Assembly: GCA_005223125.1 (NCBI GenBank)
Contig: NJBH01000030.1
Location: 1 to 49,817, forward strand
Origin: Promethearchaeota archaeon Loki_b32
GTDB lineage: Archaea > Asgardarchaeota > Lokiarchaeia > Sigyniarchaeales > SOKP01
DNA length: 49,817 nucleotides
Direction: 5' to 3'
In this document: one piece after another, positions 31,762 to 41,434 of the stretch
Layout of the letters: every line of letters starts with the position of its first letter
Numbering within the stretch: position 1 is the stretch's first letter
The notes under the pieces: model-generated
What the model saw: only the letters and a program-made list of their open reading frames with translations
Databases searched by the model: none
What the model was told of the DNA's origin: nothing
Made by a program: the position numbers and the translations under genes

Positions 31762-32845
31762 ATGAAAAAAAATTACACAAATAGTCTCTGATGATGAATC
31801 TGCTGATGGAGAAAAAGAATCCATTGAAAAAAATATAGAAATCACACCAGAGCAATTAATACTTAAATGGAAGTTTCAAAATGTTGATAAAAAACTTACA
31901 TATGATATAAAACGATGCATAGGATGTTCTTTATGTAAAATTATTTGTCCTGTTGATGCAATTGAGCTTGGTCCCATTCCGGAAATCGCTCAAGGAATCT
32001 TAGATGAAAATAATCCAAAAATTCTAATAGATCATGAAAAATGCTGTTATTGTATGTTATGTGCTATAATTTGTCCGAATGATGCCTTTCATGAAAATTT
32101 TTTTCCTGAGGATCAAATTAATATTGACGAATTCCCCTCAATTGGAAAGTTCTTCAAAATAGATATGGAAAAGTGTGTTGAGGATCCTAAAAATGAAATT
32201 TGCAAACTCTGTTTAACTGTTAGAGATAGGAATAATATAAAAGATTTTTTTAAAATTCAAAATGAGTGTCCCACTCACTGTTTTTCGATTGATTCTCCAA
32301 TAAAAGGAGAGGTAATAATTAAAAAAAATATGCTCCATAAATGCGATCCCCAAGGATGTAAAGCCTGTGTTAATATTTGCCCTACAGAATCTTTTTTTAT
32401 TCCGGAAAGTGCTGTAGATGTTAAAAAATATGGAAAAATTGCCTGTAATGAAGATGAGTGTTTTTATTGCGGAGCATGTGAAAACTCTTGCCCTGATGAT
32501 TTGATAATAGTTGATAGAAAAGAAGTAGATATAATAGATCCAAAAAAAAGGGGCAACTTTCCTTGGATTCATGGTTGGATTAATAGTATAAAAGAAATAT
32601 TAAGGAAGAGATTAATTCAGGGTAAACAACAAATAGAAATCCCAATCATTGCAGAAGAAGTTAAAAAAGTAAAGGAAAAAATTGAAGAGAAAGTCCCTCA
32701 GCTTTCAGACGCAGATAGAAAGAAATTATCTGAATTAAACGAGAAAATTCAGGCTTTCCTTAGCTCTCCAAAAATTCGATATTGGATAAAGGATAAGAAA
32801 ACTGAAAAAATAACAAAAGAACTAAATAAATTCTTAAATAAATAA
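31762..32845 (+). CDS. fwdF: Polyferredoxin, formylmethanofuran dehydrogenase subunit F-like; extra A in an A8 run right after the ATG
   Basis: Open frame from 31766 with CIGCSLCKIICPVDAIELGP, CCYCMLCAIICP, GCKACVNICP and CFYCGACENSCP. Confidence 0.75.
32768..32829 (+). repeat. 62-bp direct repeat, copy 1 (3' end of the fwdF-like gene)
   Basis: 59/62 identical to 35229-35290. Confidence 0.9.
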
Positions 32846-33187
32846 ATTTAAGTTTATTCTTGACTTTAATTAGTTCTCCTTATATTAATTGATCTCTAAG
32901 AAATAAAAAGAACCACCAATCATTGGTGCAAAGAAAACCTCTTTAAAGACTATCTTAAAAATATTAATAAAAATAATTAATTACAATTTGACTCTTTTAT
33001 GTATCCAAATGAATTACTCTAATTTGAAGTTAGATAGATATATATCATAAAAGATTTGGTAATTTAGATCTTAAATCTGGATAAGATTATTAATTTAACA
33101 TATTTATCATAAGAATATGACGCTTTGTCTCTCTGTTTAGATGAATTTTACTATAGTAAGAATTTACAGTTAATATAACTTCAGAAT

Positions 33188-34345
33188 TTATTTTTTCATT
33201 TTAAAAACTACAACTGCAAGTACCAAAAATAACGAAGTTAATAATAACATGATTAGAAAATCCATGAAAAACATATCTAAACCAAAGCCATTAATCATGA
33301 TTGCTCTGCTAATCCTTATCGAATATGTCATGGGAATAAAATATGAAACATATTGAAATACTTCTGGAAATGAATTTATAGGAAAAATAAATCCTGAGAA
33401 GAACATTGAAGGAATTAGGAGCAATGGGATGAATTGAAATGCTTGTAGCTCGTTTTGGGCAAAAGTAGAAGCAAAAATACCTAGTCCAACACAGGACATT
33501 GAGTAGATAAAGAGGACAAAAAATAACAATAGAATATTACCAACAATATGGATTTGGAAGAAAAGTACTGAAATTGCTAGCAAAAGTGCACTTTGGACTA
33601 ATGCTATTAATGAGTTCCCCAATAAATACCCTATCATTATTTCGGATTTGGAAGTGGATGTCACCTTAACTCTATACAAAGTTCCCGTCAATTTTTCCTT
33701 AGTAAAACCCCCAGTAACCGTTAAAATCATGAATAAAAAGAGTGCAAAACTGAGAATTCCTGGTCCAAGAGAATCAATTGGTCTTAAATTTGGATCCCCT
33801 GCAATATAGATGAGATTTATTTCTAAATGAGATTCTTCTCCTGATATCTCATTTATCACCGTTCCAATAACTTCTGAGATTGCACCTATTACGGAGCTTA
33901 TCGTCTGTGGATCGCTTCCATCTATATATGTTGATATTTGGATATAATTTGAAATATTCACCATATCCTCCGTAAAGTTTATAGGAATTACGATTAGTGC
34001 ATAATAATCGTTTCCTCCATAGATTTGTTGAATTTCTTCTGAAAGATTAAATGTGTTTAAATTCAGCAATTCGACATCCACTCTATCGTCTTCTTCAAGG
34101 GATCTTATGAAGATTTCAGAGAATTTGGTGTCATTTATCCCCATATAAGGTATACCCTCTCCACCTTCATCAAAATTAACAATCTTGATGGGTACATGTC
34201 TAACAGGTTGTCCAAAAGCATATCCAAAAAGAACCATCATAAGAATAGGCATCATAATGAGTAATCCTACTGTTCTTTTATCATGTAATAATGCTTGGAG
34301 ATTCTTTCGTGTGATTGCCATAATCCTCCTTGAACTAATGCTCAT
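33188..34345 (-). CDS. ABC-2 type transporter permease
   Basis: N-terminal TM, extracellular loop with DGSDP, KEKLTGTL, FFSGFIFP. Confidence 0.92.
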   Translation of the reverse strand: MSISSRRIMAITRKNLQALLHDKRTVGLLIMMPILMMVLFGYAFGQPVRHVPIKIVNFDEGGEGIPYMGINDTKFSEIFIRSLEEDDRVDVELLNLNTFNLSEEIQQIYGGNDYYALIVIPINFTEDMVNISNYIQISTYIDGSDPQTISSVIGAISEVIGTVINEISGEESHLEINLIYIAGDPNLRPIDSLGPGILSFALFLFMILTVTGGFTKEKLTGTLYRVKVTSTSKSEIMIGYLLGNSLIALVQSALLLAISVLFFQIHIVGNILLLFFVLFIYSMSCVGLGIFASTFAQNELQAFQFIPLLLIPSMFFSGFIFPINSFPEVFQYVSYFIPMTYSIRISRAIMINGFGLDMFFMDFLIMLLLTSLFLVLAVVVFKMKK

Positions 34346-35115
34346 CTTCCTATCCCTCCTAACTTTTTTTCCTTCTTCTCCTGATGGGTGTAATGGATAA
34401 AAACCTCTTCCATATCTGGTAGGCTTTCAAGGTTTTTGAGTCTTCTGACATTCTCCATTAACTCTATGGGTGTTCCAGAGATTAATATCTTCTTATTCAT
34501 CAAACCAATTTGATCACAGTTAATTGACTCTGCCAAATAATGAGTGGTAATGAGAATTGTAACTCCTTTTTCTTTTGAAATTTTCTTAAAATAATTCCAG
34601 AATTCGATTCTAAGTTCAGGGTCAATCCCTACAGTAGGTTCATCTAAAATTAGAATTTCTGGTTGATGAAGTAATGCAACCGCAAGGGAACATCGTCTTT
34701 GCATCCCTCCTGAACATTTGGAGATTAATCTTTTTTTATATTCTGTGAGGTCAATCAATTCAAGGACTTCTTGGATATGAGAATCAATAATAGGTTTTGG
34801 AATTTTATATAAGTTTCCAAAAAATTTTAGATTTTGCTCGATTGTTAGATCTAAATATAGAGAGAGCTCTTGGGGCATAAAACCGATTTTATGATAGACT
34901 TCATTAATCCTTTTGGGGATTTCCTTTCCATCAATCGTTATTTTAGCTCCCGGATCTGGGTCTAATATATCTAATAGAACTAAGATAGTTGTCGTTTTTC
35001 CTGAGCCATTGGGTCCAACGAGGCCAAATATCTCACCTCTTTGAATATTAATATCGAGATTCTCTACAGCCTTGAATCTTCCAAAAGATTTTGAAAGACT
35101 TGATATTTTTATCAT
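34342..35115 (-). CDS. ABC transporter ATP-binding protein
   Basis: GPNGSGKTT, CSGGMQRR, LDEPTVG, ITTHY. Confidence 0.95.
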   Translation of the reverse strand: MIKISSLSKSFGRFKAVENLDINIQRGEIFGLVGPNGSGKTTTILVLLDILDPDPGAKITIDGKEIPKRINEVYHKIGFMPQELSLYLDLTIEQNLKFFGNLYKIPKPIIDSHIQEVLELIDLTEYKKRLISKCSGGMQRRCSLAVALLHQPEILILDEPTVGIDPELRIEFWNYFKKISKEKGVTILITTHYLAESINCDQIGLMNKKILISGTPIELMENVRRLKNLESLPDMEEVFIHYTHQEKKEKKLGGIGR

Positions 35116-35228
35116 CTTTTACTATAAAAAAATTGTATTTTTTGCAATATTATTCAAAACATAAAAACTTAAATATATTACTACTTTGGTAGCAGATTTT
35201 TGGTTTAATTATAATTGATGAAAGACTC

Positions 35229-35290
35229 CCAAAAATTAGATATTGGATAAAGGATAAAAAAACTGAAAAAATAACAAAAGAACTTAATAA
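35229..35290 (+). repeat. 62-bp direct repeat, copy 2 (orphan fwdF 3' end, PKIRYWIKDKKTEKITKELNKGLNQKK*)
   Basis: All three mismatches to copy 1 are synonymous. Confidence 0.9.
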
Positions 35291-35415
35291 GGGTTTAAAT
35301 CAAAAAAAATAAGCAATCTAGATTTCACTGAATTAATTCTTTAAAATTCTCCTTGTTTAAATATATAATCTAATACTTAAGGTAAATAATAAGATCATTT
35401 TAGGTGCATTATTTT

Positions 35416-35703
35416 ATGAAATTAATTCTGAAAATTAAGAAAAATAAAATCACCAAGAAAGAGAGAATTATTGCTTGGATACAGAAAAATTCAGATTTAA
35501 ATGAGGATGTTCAACAACTCTTCCAACTTTTTAAAGAAAATATTAAAATATCTAAATTTAGCAAATTTTTAAGGTTTTATATTGTGTCTTCTTCTAATCC
35601 TGCTATCATATTGAACATTTTTTCATCTCTTCAAGAATCAATTCCAGATGTTTACTTTAAGAATGAAAATTCGATAGGAATAGAAGATTTTATGGACATA
35701 TAG
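35416..35703 (+). CDS. Hypothetical small protein
   Basis: ORF with ATG downstream of SD-like AGGTG. Confidence 0.6.
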   Translation: MKLILKIKKNKITKKERIIAWIQKNSDLNEDVQQLFQLFKENIKISKFSKFLRFYIVSSSNPAIILNIFSSLQESIPDVYFKNENSIGIEDFMDI

Positions 35704-35740
35704 ACGACCAATAATTAAAATAGAAATTTATAATAAAAAA

Positions 35741-35871
35741 TGGGAGGGGGGGGATTTGTTCGAGGTCCCCGATACGAGAGCCCGTTGAACCCCCGACCCC
35801 TTGGTCCCAAACCAAGATTCACGCCGTAGAGAAAAACTCTACAGTATCATACCAAGCTAGACCACCCTCCC
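35741..35871 (-). tRNA. tRNA-Pro(TGG) with two non-canonical BHB introns (25/26: 35845-35818, 28 nt; 58/59: 35784-35756, 29 nt)
   Basis: Spliced 74-mer GGGAGGGTGGTCTAGCTTGGTATGAT/TCTTGGTTTGGGACCAAGGGGTCGGGGGTTCAA/ATCCCCCCCCTCCCA gives a full cloverleaf with discriminator A and no encoded CCA; a T-tract follows. Confidence 0.95.
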
Positions 35872-36037
35872 TTTACTAAACAGGTTTCTCTTTTTAAAGA
35901 TTTAATTAAATCCATCTTTAAAGAGATGGGATAATTAATTATACAACTTGATATAAAATCTAATTGTTATATAATACAAACAATAAAAATTAAAATATTT
36001 TTTCAATTTGAATTCTATCTTCTAAAAAGAAATTGAA

Positions 36038-37144
36038 TTAATCTTTATTTAGTGGGAGTGAAAAACAAAATTTGGCTCCTTTATTTCTCCCTTCAGACTC
36101 TACCCATATTTCTCCGCCATGTAATTCAACTATTTTCTTCGAAGTATATAATCCCATTCCCGTTCCCTCAATGCTAATATCCCAACCTTGACCATATCGT
36201 TCAATTTTTCCAAACTGTTTAAAAAGTTTCTTCTTTTCATCTTCTGACAGACCAATTCCATTATCTTGAACAGATACAATTACATAATCCTCAACTTTTT
36301 CAGTTTGAATTTTTATCTCTCCATATGGAGGTGTATATTTTATAGCATTAATGATTAAATGAGTGACAACTTCATAAATTCTCTCTTTCTCAAAATTAAG
36401 AATCATTTTATCTGGAATATCTAAATTTATAAAATTACTTCTTGTTTTTGCTAAACCTCGTAAATCTTTTACGCAAAACCTTATTAAAAACGAAAGATCT
36501 TCTTTACTCGGTTTAAATTGTATTTTACCTGATTCTAATATGGAGCTTTCTAAAAGCTTATTGATAATTGTCTCAAGTCGCTCAGTTCCATTACTGATCT
36601 CACTTAATATTGAGAGGACATCATCATCAAACTTTTCTTTATGTAGCTCTAATAACAGATCAGTAAAACCTTTGATTGAAATAAGAGGTGTCTTTAATTC
36701 ATGTGATGTTCTCTCAATTAATTCTGTTTTCAATTGATTTATTTCTTTCAATTCTCGTTCTGCTTTTTTTTTTTCAGTAATATCCCTTAAAACCCCTATA
36801 ATTTTTGCTTTATTGTTAATTTTTACTAAAGAACCTTTAGCAAACACGTATACGTAATGTCCTTTCTTATGTCTAATTTTATATTCTATAGCAACTATGT
36901 CTTCTCCTCCTATTGCCCTTTGAAAATTTTCAATTATGGTTTCCATATCATCTGGATGGATGTAGCTAAAAAACTGATTCCCAATTACTTCCTCAGGTGT
37001 ATATCCGAGTATATCATAGACTTGTGGACTAAGATATGTAAAGGTTCCATCTAAATCAATCTCAACAATAATATCTAAAATATTATTGATAAGAAATTGA
37101 TACTCTTTACCTGATTTTTTCATTATACTTTTAATTTCAGTCAA
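36038..37144 (-). CDS. PAS-domain sensor histidine kinase
   Basis: PAS (YIHPDD), SHELKTPL, NAIKYT, DNGIG, GTGMGL. Confidence 0.93.
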   Translation of the reverse strand: MTEIKSIMKKSGKEYQFLINNILDIIVEIDLDGTFTYLSPQVYDILGYTPEEVIGNQFFSYIHPDDMETIIENFQRAIGGEDIVAIEYKIRHKKGHYVYVFAKGSLVKINNKAKIIGVLRDITEKKKAERELKEINQLKTELIERTSHELKTPLISIKGFTDLLLELHKEKFDDDVLSILSEISNGTERLETIINKLLESSILESGKIQFKPSKEDLSFLIRFCVKDLRGLAKTRSNFINLDIPDKMILNFEKERIYEVVTHLIINAIKYTPPYGEIKIQTEKVEDYVIVSVQDNGIGLSEDEKKKLFKQFGKIERYGQGWDISIEGTGMGLYTSKKIVELHGGEIWVESEGRNKGAKFCFSLPLNKD

Positions 37145-37324
37145 AATTAACTCAACCCAACGAAATATATTAATTAACTGATTATGATTTGATATAATTA
37201 GAAAGGATTGTTATGAATAATTTAGAAGTTACTTACTTATTTAAAAATTAGCATCTAGGAGTGTAATTTTAAATTTTAATTGATACCTTTTTAATTAAAA
37301 TATGCTTATATTTACATAATTTAA

Positions 37325-37903
37325 ATGATGAAAACTATTAATTTGTTAAAAATAGGAGACCTAAATCATTCTGTCTTAGTGAAATTAAAGAAAAAACTTG
37401 AATTAGGGTTTAAAAGATTTAATTTATCTGTCAATATTGTCCAAGAAGAAATTCCTCTCGAAGAAACAGAGTATAATCCGAGAAAAAGACAATATAATGC
37501 TATAAAAATTTTAAAAAAAATTATAATATATGCTCAGAATAAAAAAGATTTCCATGTGTTAGGTGTCATGGATAAGGATATCTTTTCTAGTGGGTTAAAA
37601 TTTGTATTTGGCAGAGCTATTAAAGCGGAAGGTAGAGCTCCAGAATCTCCTATTGTGGCTCTTATCTCAATTACAAGGCTCAGAGAATCCTTTTATGGTA
37701 GAACTGAAAACAAAGGTCTTTTTGAATTAAGGATATTAAAAGAAGCTATTCACGAACTTGGACATACTTTTAATTTAGACCATTGCAATAAACTTTGTAT
37801 TATGCGATTTTCAAATTCAATATCAGATACAGATGAAAAACCTCCGAAATTTTGTGAAGATTGTGTGAATAAATTAGAGATTTTCTTTAAAAATTCATCT
37901 TAA
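37325..37903 (+). CDS. amzA: Archaemetzincin zinc metalloprotease
   Basis: KEAIHELGHTFNLDHC..CIMRFSNS..DEK..FCEDC. Confidence 0.9.
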   Translation: MMKTINLLKIGDLNHSVLVKLKKKLELGFKRFNLSVNIVQEEIPLEETEYNPRKRQYNAIKILKKIIIYAQNKKDFHVLGVMDKDIFSSGLKFVFGRAIKAEGRAPESPIVALISITRLRESFYGRTENKGLFELRILKEAIHELGHTFNLDHCNKLCIMRFSNSISDTDEKPPKFCEDCVNKLEIFFKNSS

Positions 37904-37908
37904 TCATT

Positions 37909-38910
37909 TTAATATCTTCTTTTATATTTGTTATAAAGTTCCTCACTGATATTCAAGATTTTTTTATTATCTTTAGCTAATTTTATTAAATCAGGTGAAA
38001 TATTTTCCAAACCAAAATAAACACCAGCTAAACTTCCCCCAATCGCTCCGACTGTATCACTATCACCACCAGCGGTTGCAAGCTCAAAAATACACTCTTT
38101 AAAAGAAGTAAGTCTTTTTAAAAATATGAAAATTGAACAAATAACTGTACTTATCGTATATGGATGAACAAACGCTTGACCTAAATATTGTTCAATAAAA
38201 TATGGTGATTTAACTCCAGCTTGAGAAAACTTAATCAGTCCCGATTCAATTGGTATGTTCAAATTCGATTTCAATTTATTTAAAATTTGAATGAATTCTT
38301 CCCAAATTTCTTCTTGGGAATTAGAAATTGAGGTAGTAATGACATCAAAAAATTCATCTATGGAAAAACCAGTTTCTGGATCTTTATCAATTAAAAATGC
38401 AATAGCTCTTGCGATAACTACAGCCCCAGCTGAAGCGGCAGGATGAGAATGGGTAATTATACTGGATTTGATCGCTGTTGTTTTTAATGCTTTAATATCT
38501 TTACTGTAAAATAATCCAACCGGTGCAATCCTCATTGTAGTACCGTTCCCACCAGAATTCGATGCAGCTTCTTTCCAATGAACTCCATACTTTAACTTAC
38601 GGATGGAAGAAATACAACCGTAACCTGGGCCAATAGGAGGATCATCTAACCAATTTATATATTCTCTGATAAAATAATCGATATTAAAGCCATTACCTTT
38701 AATTAAAGCTTCAGCCGTATGAAGTGTTAGTTGTGAATCATCAGTATAGGTTCTAAATAATCGTCTATTATTATGTCTAAATTCTTCAAAATCATCGAAG
38801 TAGGAATATATTTCAGAACGAAGCTTCCCTTCAAAAGGATGTCCTAGTGTATCTCCTATAGTAACGCCTAATAGACAACCTTGAAATTTATCCAATAGAT
38901 CGATTTGCAT
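37909..38910 (-). CDS. ADP-ribosylglycohydrolase family protein
   Basis: GDTLG.PFE, YTDDSQ, GNGTTMRIAP, ITHSH, GGDSDTVGA. Confidence 0.93.
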   Translation of the reverse strand: MQIDLLDKFQGCLLGVTIGDTLGHPFEGKLRSEIYSYFDDFEEFRHNNRRLFRTYTDDSQLTLHTAEALIKGNGFNIDYFIREYINWLDDPPIGPGYGCISSIRKLKYGVHWKEAASNSGGNGTTMRIAPVGLFYSKDIKALKTTAIKSSIITHSHPAASAGAVVIARAIAFLIDKDPETGFSIDEFFDVITTSISNSQEEIWEEFIQILNKLKSNLNIPIESGLIKFSQAGVKSPYFIEQYLGQAFVHPYTISTVICSIFIFLKRLTSFKECIFELATAGGDSDTVGAIGGSLAGVYFGLENISPDLIKLAKDNKKILNISEELYNKYKRRY

Positions 38911-38959
38911 AATAAGTTAGAATTGAGTTAAAATTATAAAATAGTCATTTTTAATTCTT

Positions 38960-39175
38960 TTATTTTTTATGTATGCTTAAAAGATTGAACATAAACTCTC
39001 CATCATTGTACTCAAGAACTTTATATCCTTTTTTATTCAATAAAGTAATCTCACCATTCTTATTGAGAGCAACAAAAATAACACCTGCCAGATCTAAATA
39101 CAAATCTGCTCGAATCTGCTCTTTCTTTAGTCTTTCTTCTATTTTCTCTTTTTCTGTAATATTTTCTAAGGTCAA
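38960..39175 (-). pseudogene. Fragment of a PAS-domain sensor protein
   Basis: ENITEKEKIEERLK..YLDLAGVIFVALNKNGEITLLNKKGYKVLEY, then truncated. Confidence 0.65.
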
Positions 39176-39449
39176 ATTAGTAAAAGCGTCCTAATTCTTT
39201 AATAAACATATAATTCAATATTTTTATTCCATATCCAATGATAAAATTTTTGATATTTAACATTAATTATTTCAGAAAAAGTATTGGTATCAGATCACTT
39301 TATCATCACTGAATTTTGTATCTGACCAGATTTTTTTCTTTAAATACACGTGATTCAATTTCCTTATAATGTTATTAATAAGTCTTATATACGATTTTTA
39401 CTAATAATTGCTTTAATTATTCATTTAAAATTGAAAGGATGATCTATTT

Positions 39450-40349
39450 ATGCCTGGTATTGAAAAATTAAAAAATGTAATCACTGCAATGATCACACCG
39501 TTTAATGATGAACTAGTTCTTGACGAGGAGAAATATAGAGAATTTATACGATTTCAAATCGAAAATGGATGTCAAATCTTGACAATGGGTACAACAGGAG
39601 AAAGTGCTACCATGTCGCATGAAGAACATCACATTGCAATGGATATCGCCCTTGATGAGGCTAAAAAGAGTGATAAAAATCCTTTTGTTTTAGCTGGAAC
39701 AGGAAGTAATTCTACGAAAGAAGCGATTTCCTTATCCCAATACGCTGAAAAAGGGGGAGCAGATGGGTGTTTAGTTGTTGTTCCTTATTATAATAAACCA
39801 GTTCAACATAGTTTAATAGATCATTTTTCAGCAATAGCCGATTCTGTTTCTCTCCCTATAATTTTATATAATGTTCCCAGTCGTACTGGGAGAAATTTAG
39901 AACCGGAAACAGTCTCTAAATTAGCAAATACTAAAGATAACATTGTAGGGATAAAATGCGCTAGCGGAAATATTGATCAAATTACTAAAATTATTAAGAC
40001 AACCCCTGATGATTTTCTTGTTTTAAGTGGAGATGATAGTATGACTTATCATATCATGGCATTAGGAGGTAAAGGAGTTATAAGTGTTGCTTCTAATATT
40101 ATTCCTTTAAAGATAGTTGAATTTACAAGCAGCATGCTTAATAATGATTGGGGAAAAGCAAGAAATATGCAATTAAAACTATATGATCTATTCAAGGTTC
40201 TGTTCATTGAAACAAATCCTGGTCCAGTAAAATTTGCTGCCGAGATTATGGGTTTAATGAATAAAAGGATGAGAATGCCATTGACACCCCCATTAGAAGC
40301 AAATCAAAAGAAAATAAAAGATGTATTACAAAATTTAAATCTAATCTAA
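39450..40349 (+). CDS. dapA: 4-hydroxy-tetrahydrodipicolinate synthase
   Basis: TPF, GTTGES, PYYNKP, LYNVPSRTG, catalytic K in IKCASG, LSGDD, ETNP. Confidence 0.96.
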   Translation: MPGIEKLKNVITAMITPFNDELVLDEEKYREFIRFQIENGCQILTMGTTGESATMSHEEHHIAMDIALDEAKKSDKNPFVLAGTGSNSTKEAISLSQYAEKGGADGCLVVVPYYNKPVQHSLIDHFSAIADSVSLPIILYNVPSRTGRNLEPETVSKLANTKDNIVGIKCASGNIDQITKIIKTTPDDFLVLSGDDSMTYHIMALGGKGVISVASNIIPLKIVEFTSSMLNNDWGKARNMQLKLYDLFKVLFIETNPGPVKFAAEIMGLMNKRMRMPLTPPLEANQKKIKDVLQNLNLI

Positions 40350-40369
40350 TTTATCACTGAGGCTTAAAT

Positions 40370-41191
40370 ATGATTAAATTATTAATCTTAGGACCAACTG
40401 GTTCGATGGGCAGACTAATAAGTAAAATAGCATTAGAAGATGATGAAATTGAGGTTGTTGCAGCTTGCGATGTAAATAACATTGGTAAAGAATTAGGGTT
40501 CATAATAGGTCTAAACGATCCAAATAAAATAAAAGTAGATGATGTCAATAGATTACAAGAAATTATAAATAAAACTCATCCAGATGTAGCAGTAGATTTT
40601 ACAATTGCAAAAGCGACGGAAAAAAATTGTTTACTTTGTGCAGAAAATGGAATAAGATGTGTTATCGGTACAACTGCAATGTCAGAGAAATTTCTCACTA
40701 AATTTGAAGAATTAGTAAGAAATAATAAAGCACCAGCAGTTATTTCACCCAACATGGCTACTGGTGTGAATATAATCTTTAAAATGGCTTCAATATTAAC
40801 AGAATATTTAACTAATTGGGATATTGAAGTGTTAGAAGCACATCACCATAGAAAAATTGATGCACCAAGCGGAACCGCATTGAAGATAGGACAGATAATA
40901 AGTAATACGCTTGGTTCTGATTTTGAAAAAATAGCTAAATTTGGACGAAGTAGAGGGCCCAATAAGCGCACAGTGGGGGCAATAAATGAAATAGGAATTC
41001 ATTCGATTAGAGCAGGGGATATTGTAGGAGATCATACAATACTATATGCTGGTCCTGGAGAAAGAATTGAATTAAGACATCAAGCTCATAGTAGAGAATG
41101 TTTTGCTAATGGGGCTATAAAAGCAATAAAATTTGTAGCAAACGCTAAAGAAAATAAAATTTACTCTACGAGTGAAGTTCTAGGACTGTAG
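40370..41191 (+). CDS. dapB: 4-hydroxy-tetrahydrodipicolinate reductase
   Basis: GPTGSMG, DFT, GTT, EAHHHRKIDAPSGTA, IRAGDIVGDH. Confidence 0.96.
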   Translation: MIKLLILGPTGSMGRLISKIALEDDEIEVVAACDVNNIGKELGFIIGLNDPNKIKVDDVNRLQEIINKTHPDVAVDFTIAKATEKNCLLCAENGIRCVIGTTAMSEKFLTKFEELVRNNKAPAVISPNMATGVNIIFKMASILTEYLTNWDIEVLEAHHHRKIDAPSGTALKIGQIISNTLGSDFEKIAKFGRSRGPNKRTVGAINEIGIHSIRAGDIVGDHTILYAGPGERIELRHQAHSRECFANGAIKAIKFVANAKENKIYSTSEVLGL

Positions 41192-41434
41192 TAGTTAATC
41201 TGACTGAAAATATCAATTAGGATAAGATAAAATTATAAAAAAAATCAGTGCAGATCAGTATTATCATTAATCTTCTTAGTTTTAGATCTTAATTCAGATT
41301 TCATATTGCCAATACTTCATCGAGAGTATTAAAGGGTATCCAAGCCTTAATACTCCCACATTTTATAATTTTATCTCAATAATAAATAATAGATTCAAAT
41401 TTTTATTTTTATTGTTTCACATAACGAAATATTA

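Noticed and set aside
32914-32928. Palindrome CACCAAT-C-ATTGGTG
   Set aside because: Single occurrence between convergent genes with no supporting context.
39270-39335. C/D box sRNA or lysine riboswitch upstream of dapA
   Set aside because: GTGATGA and CTGA boxes occur on the minus strand but the spacing is too short for two guides, and no L-box features are visible.
41245-41325. SECIS element downstream of lysA
   Set aside because: An AUGA/GA core exists but the stem-loop is too long, and lysA has no in-frame UGA.
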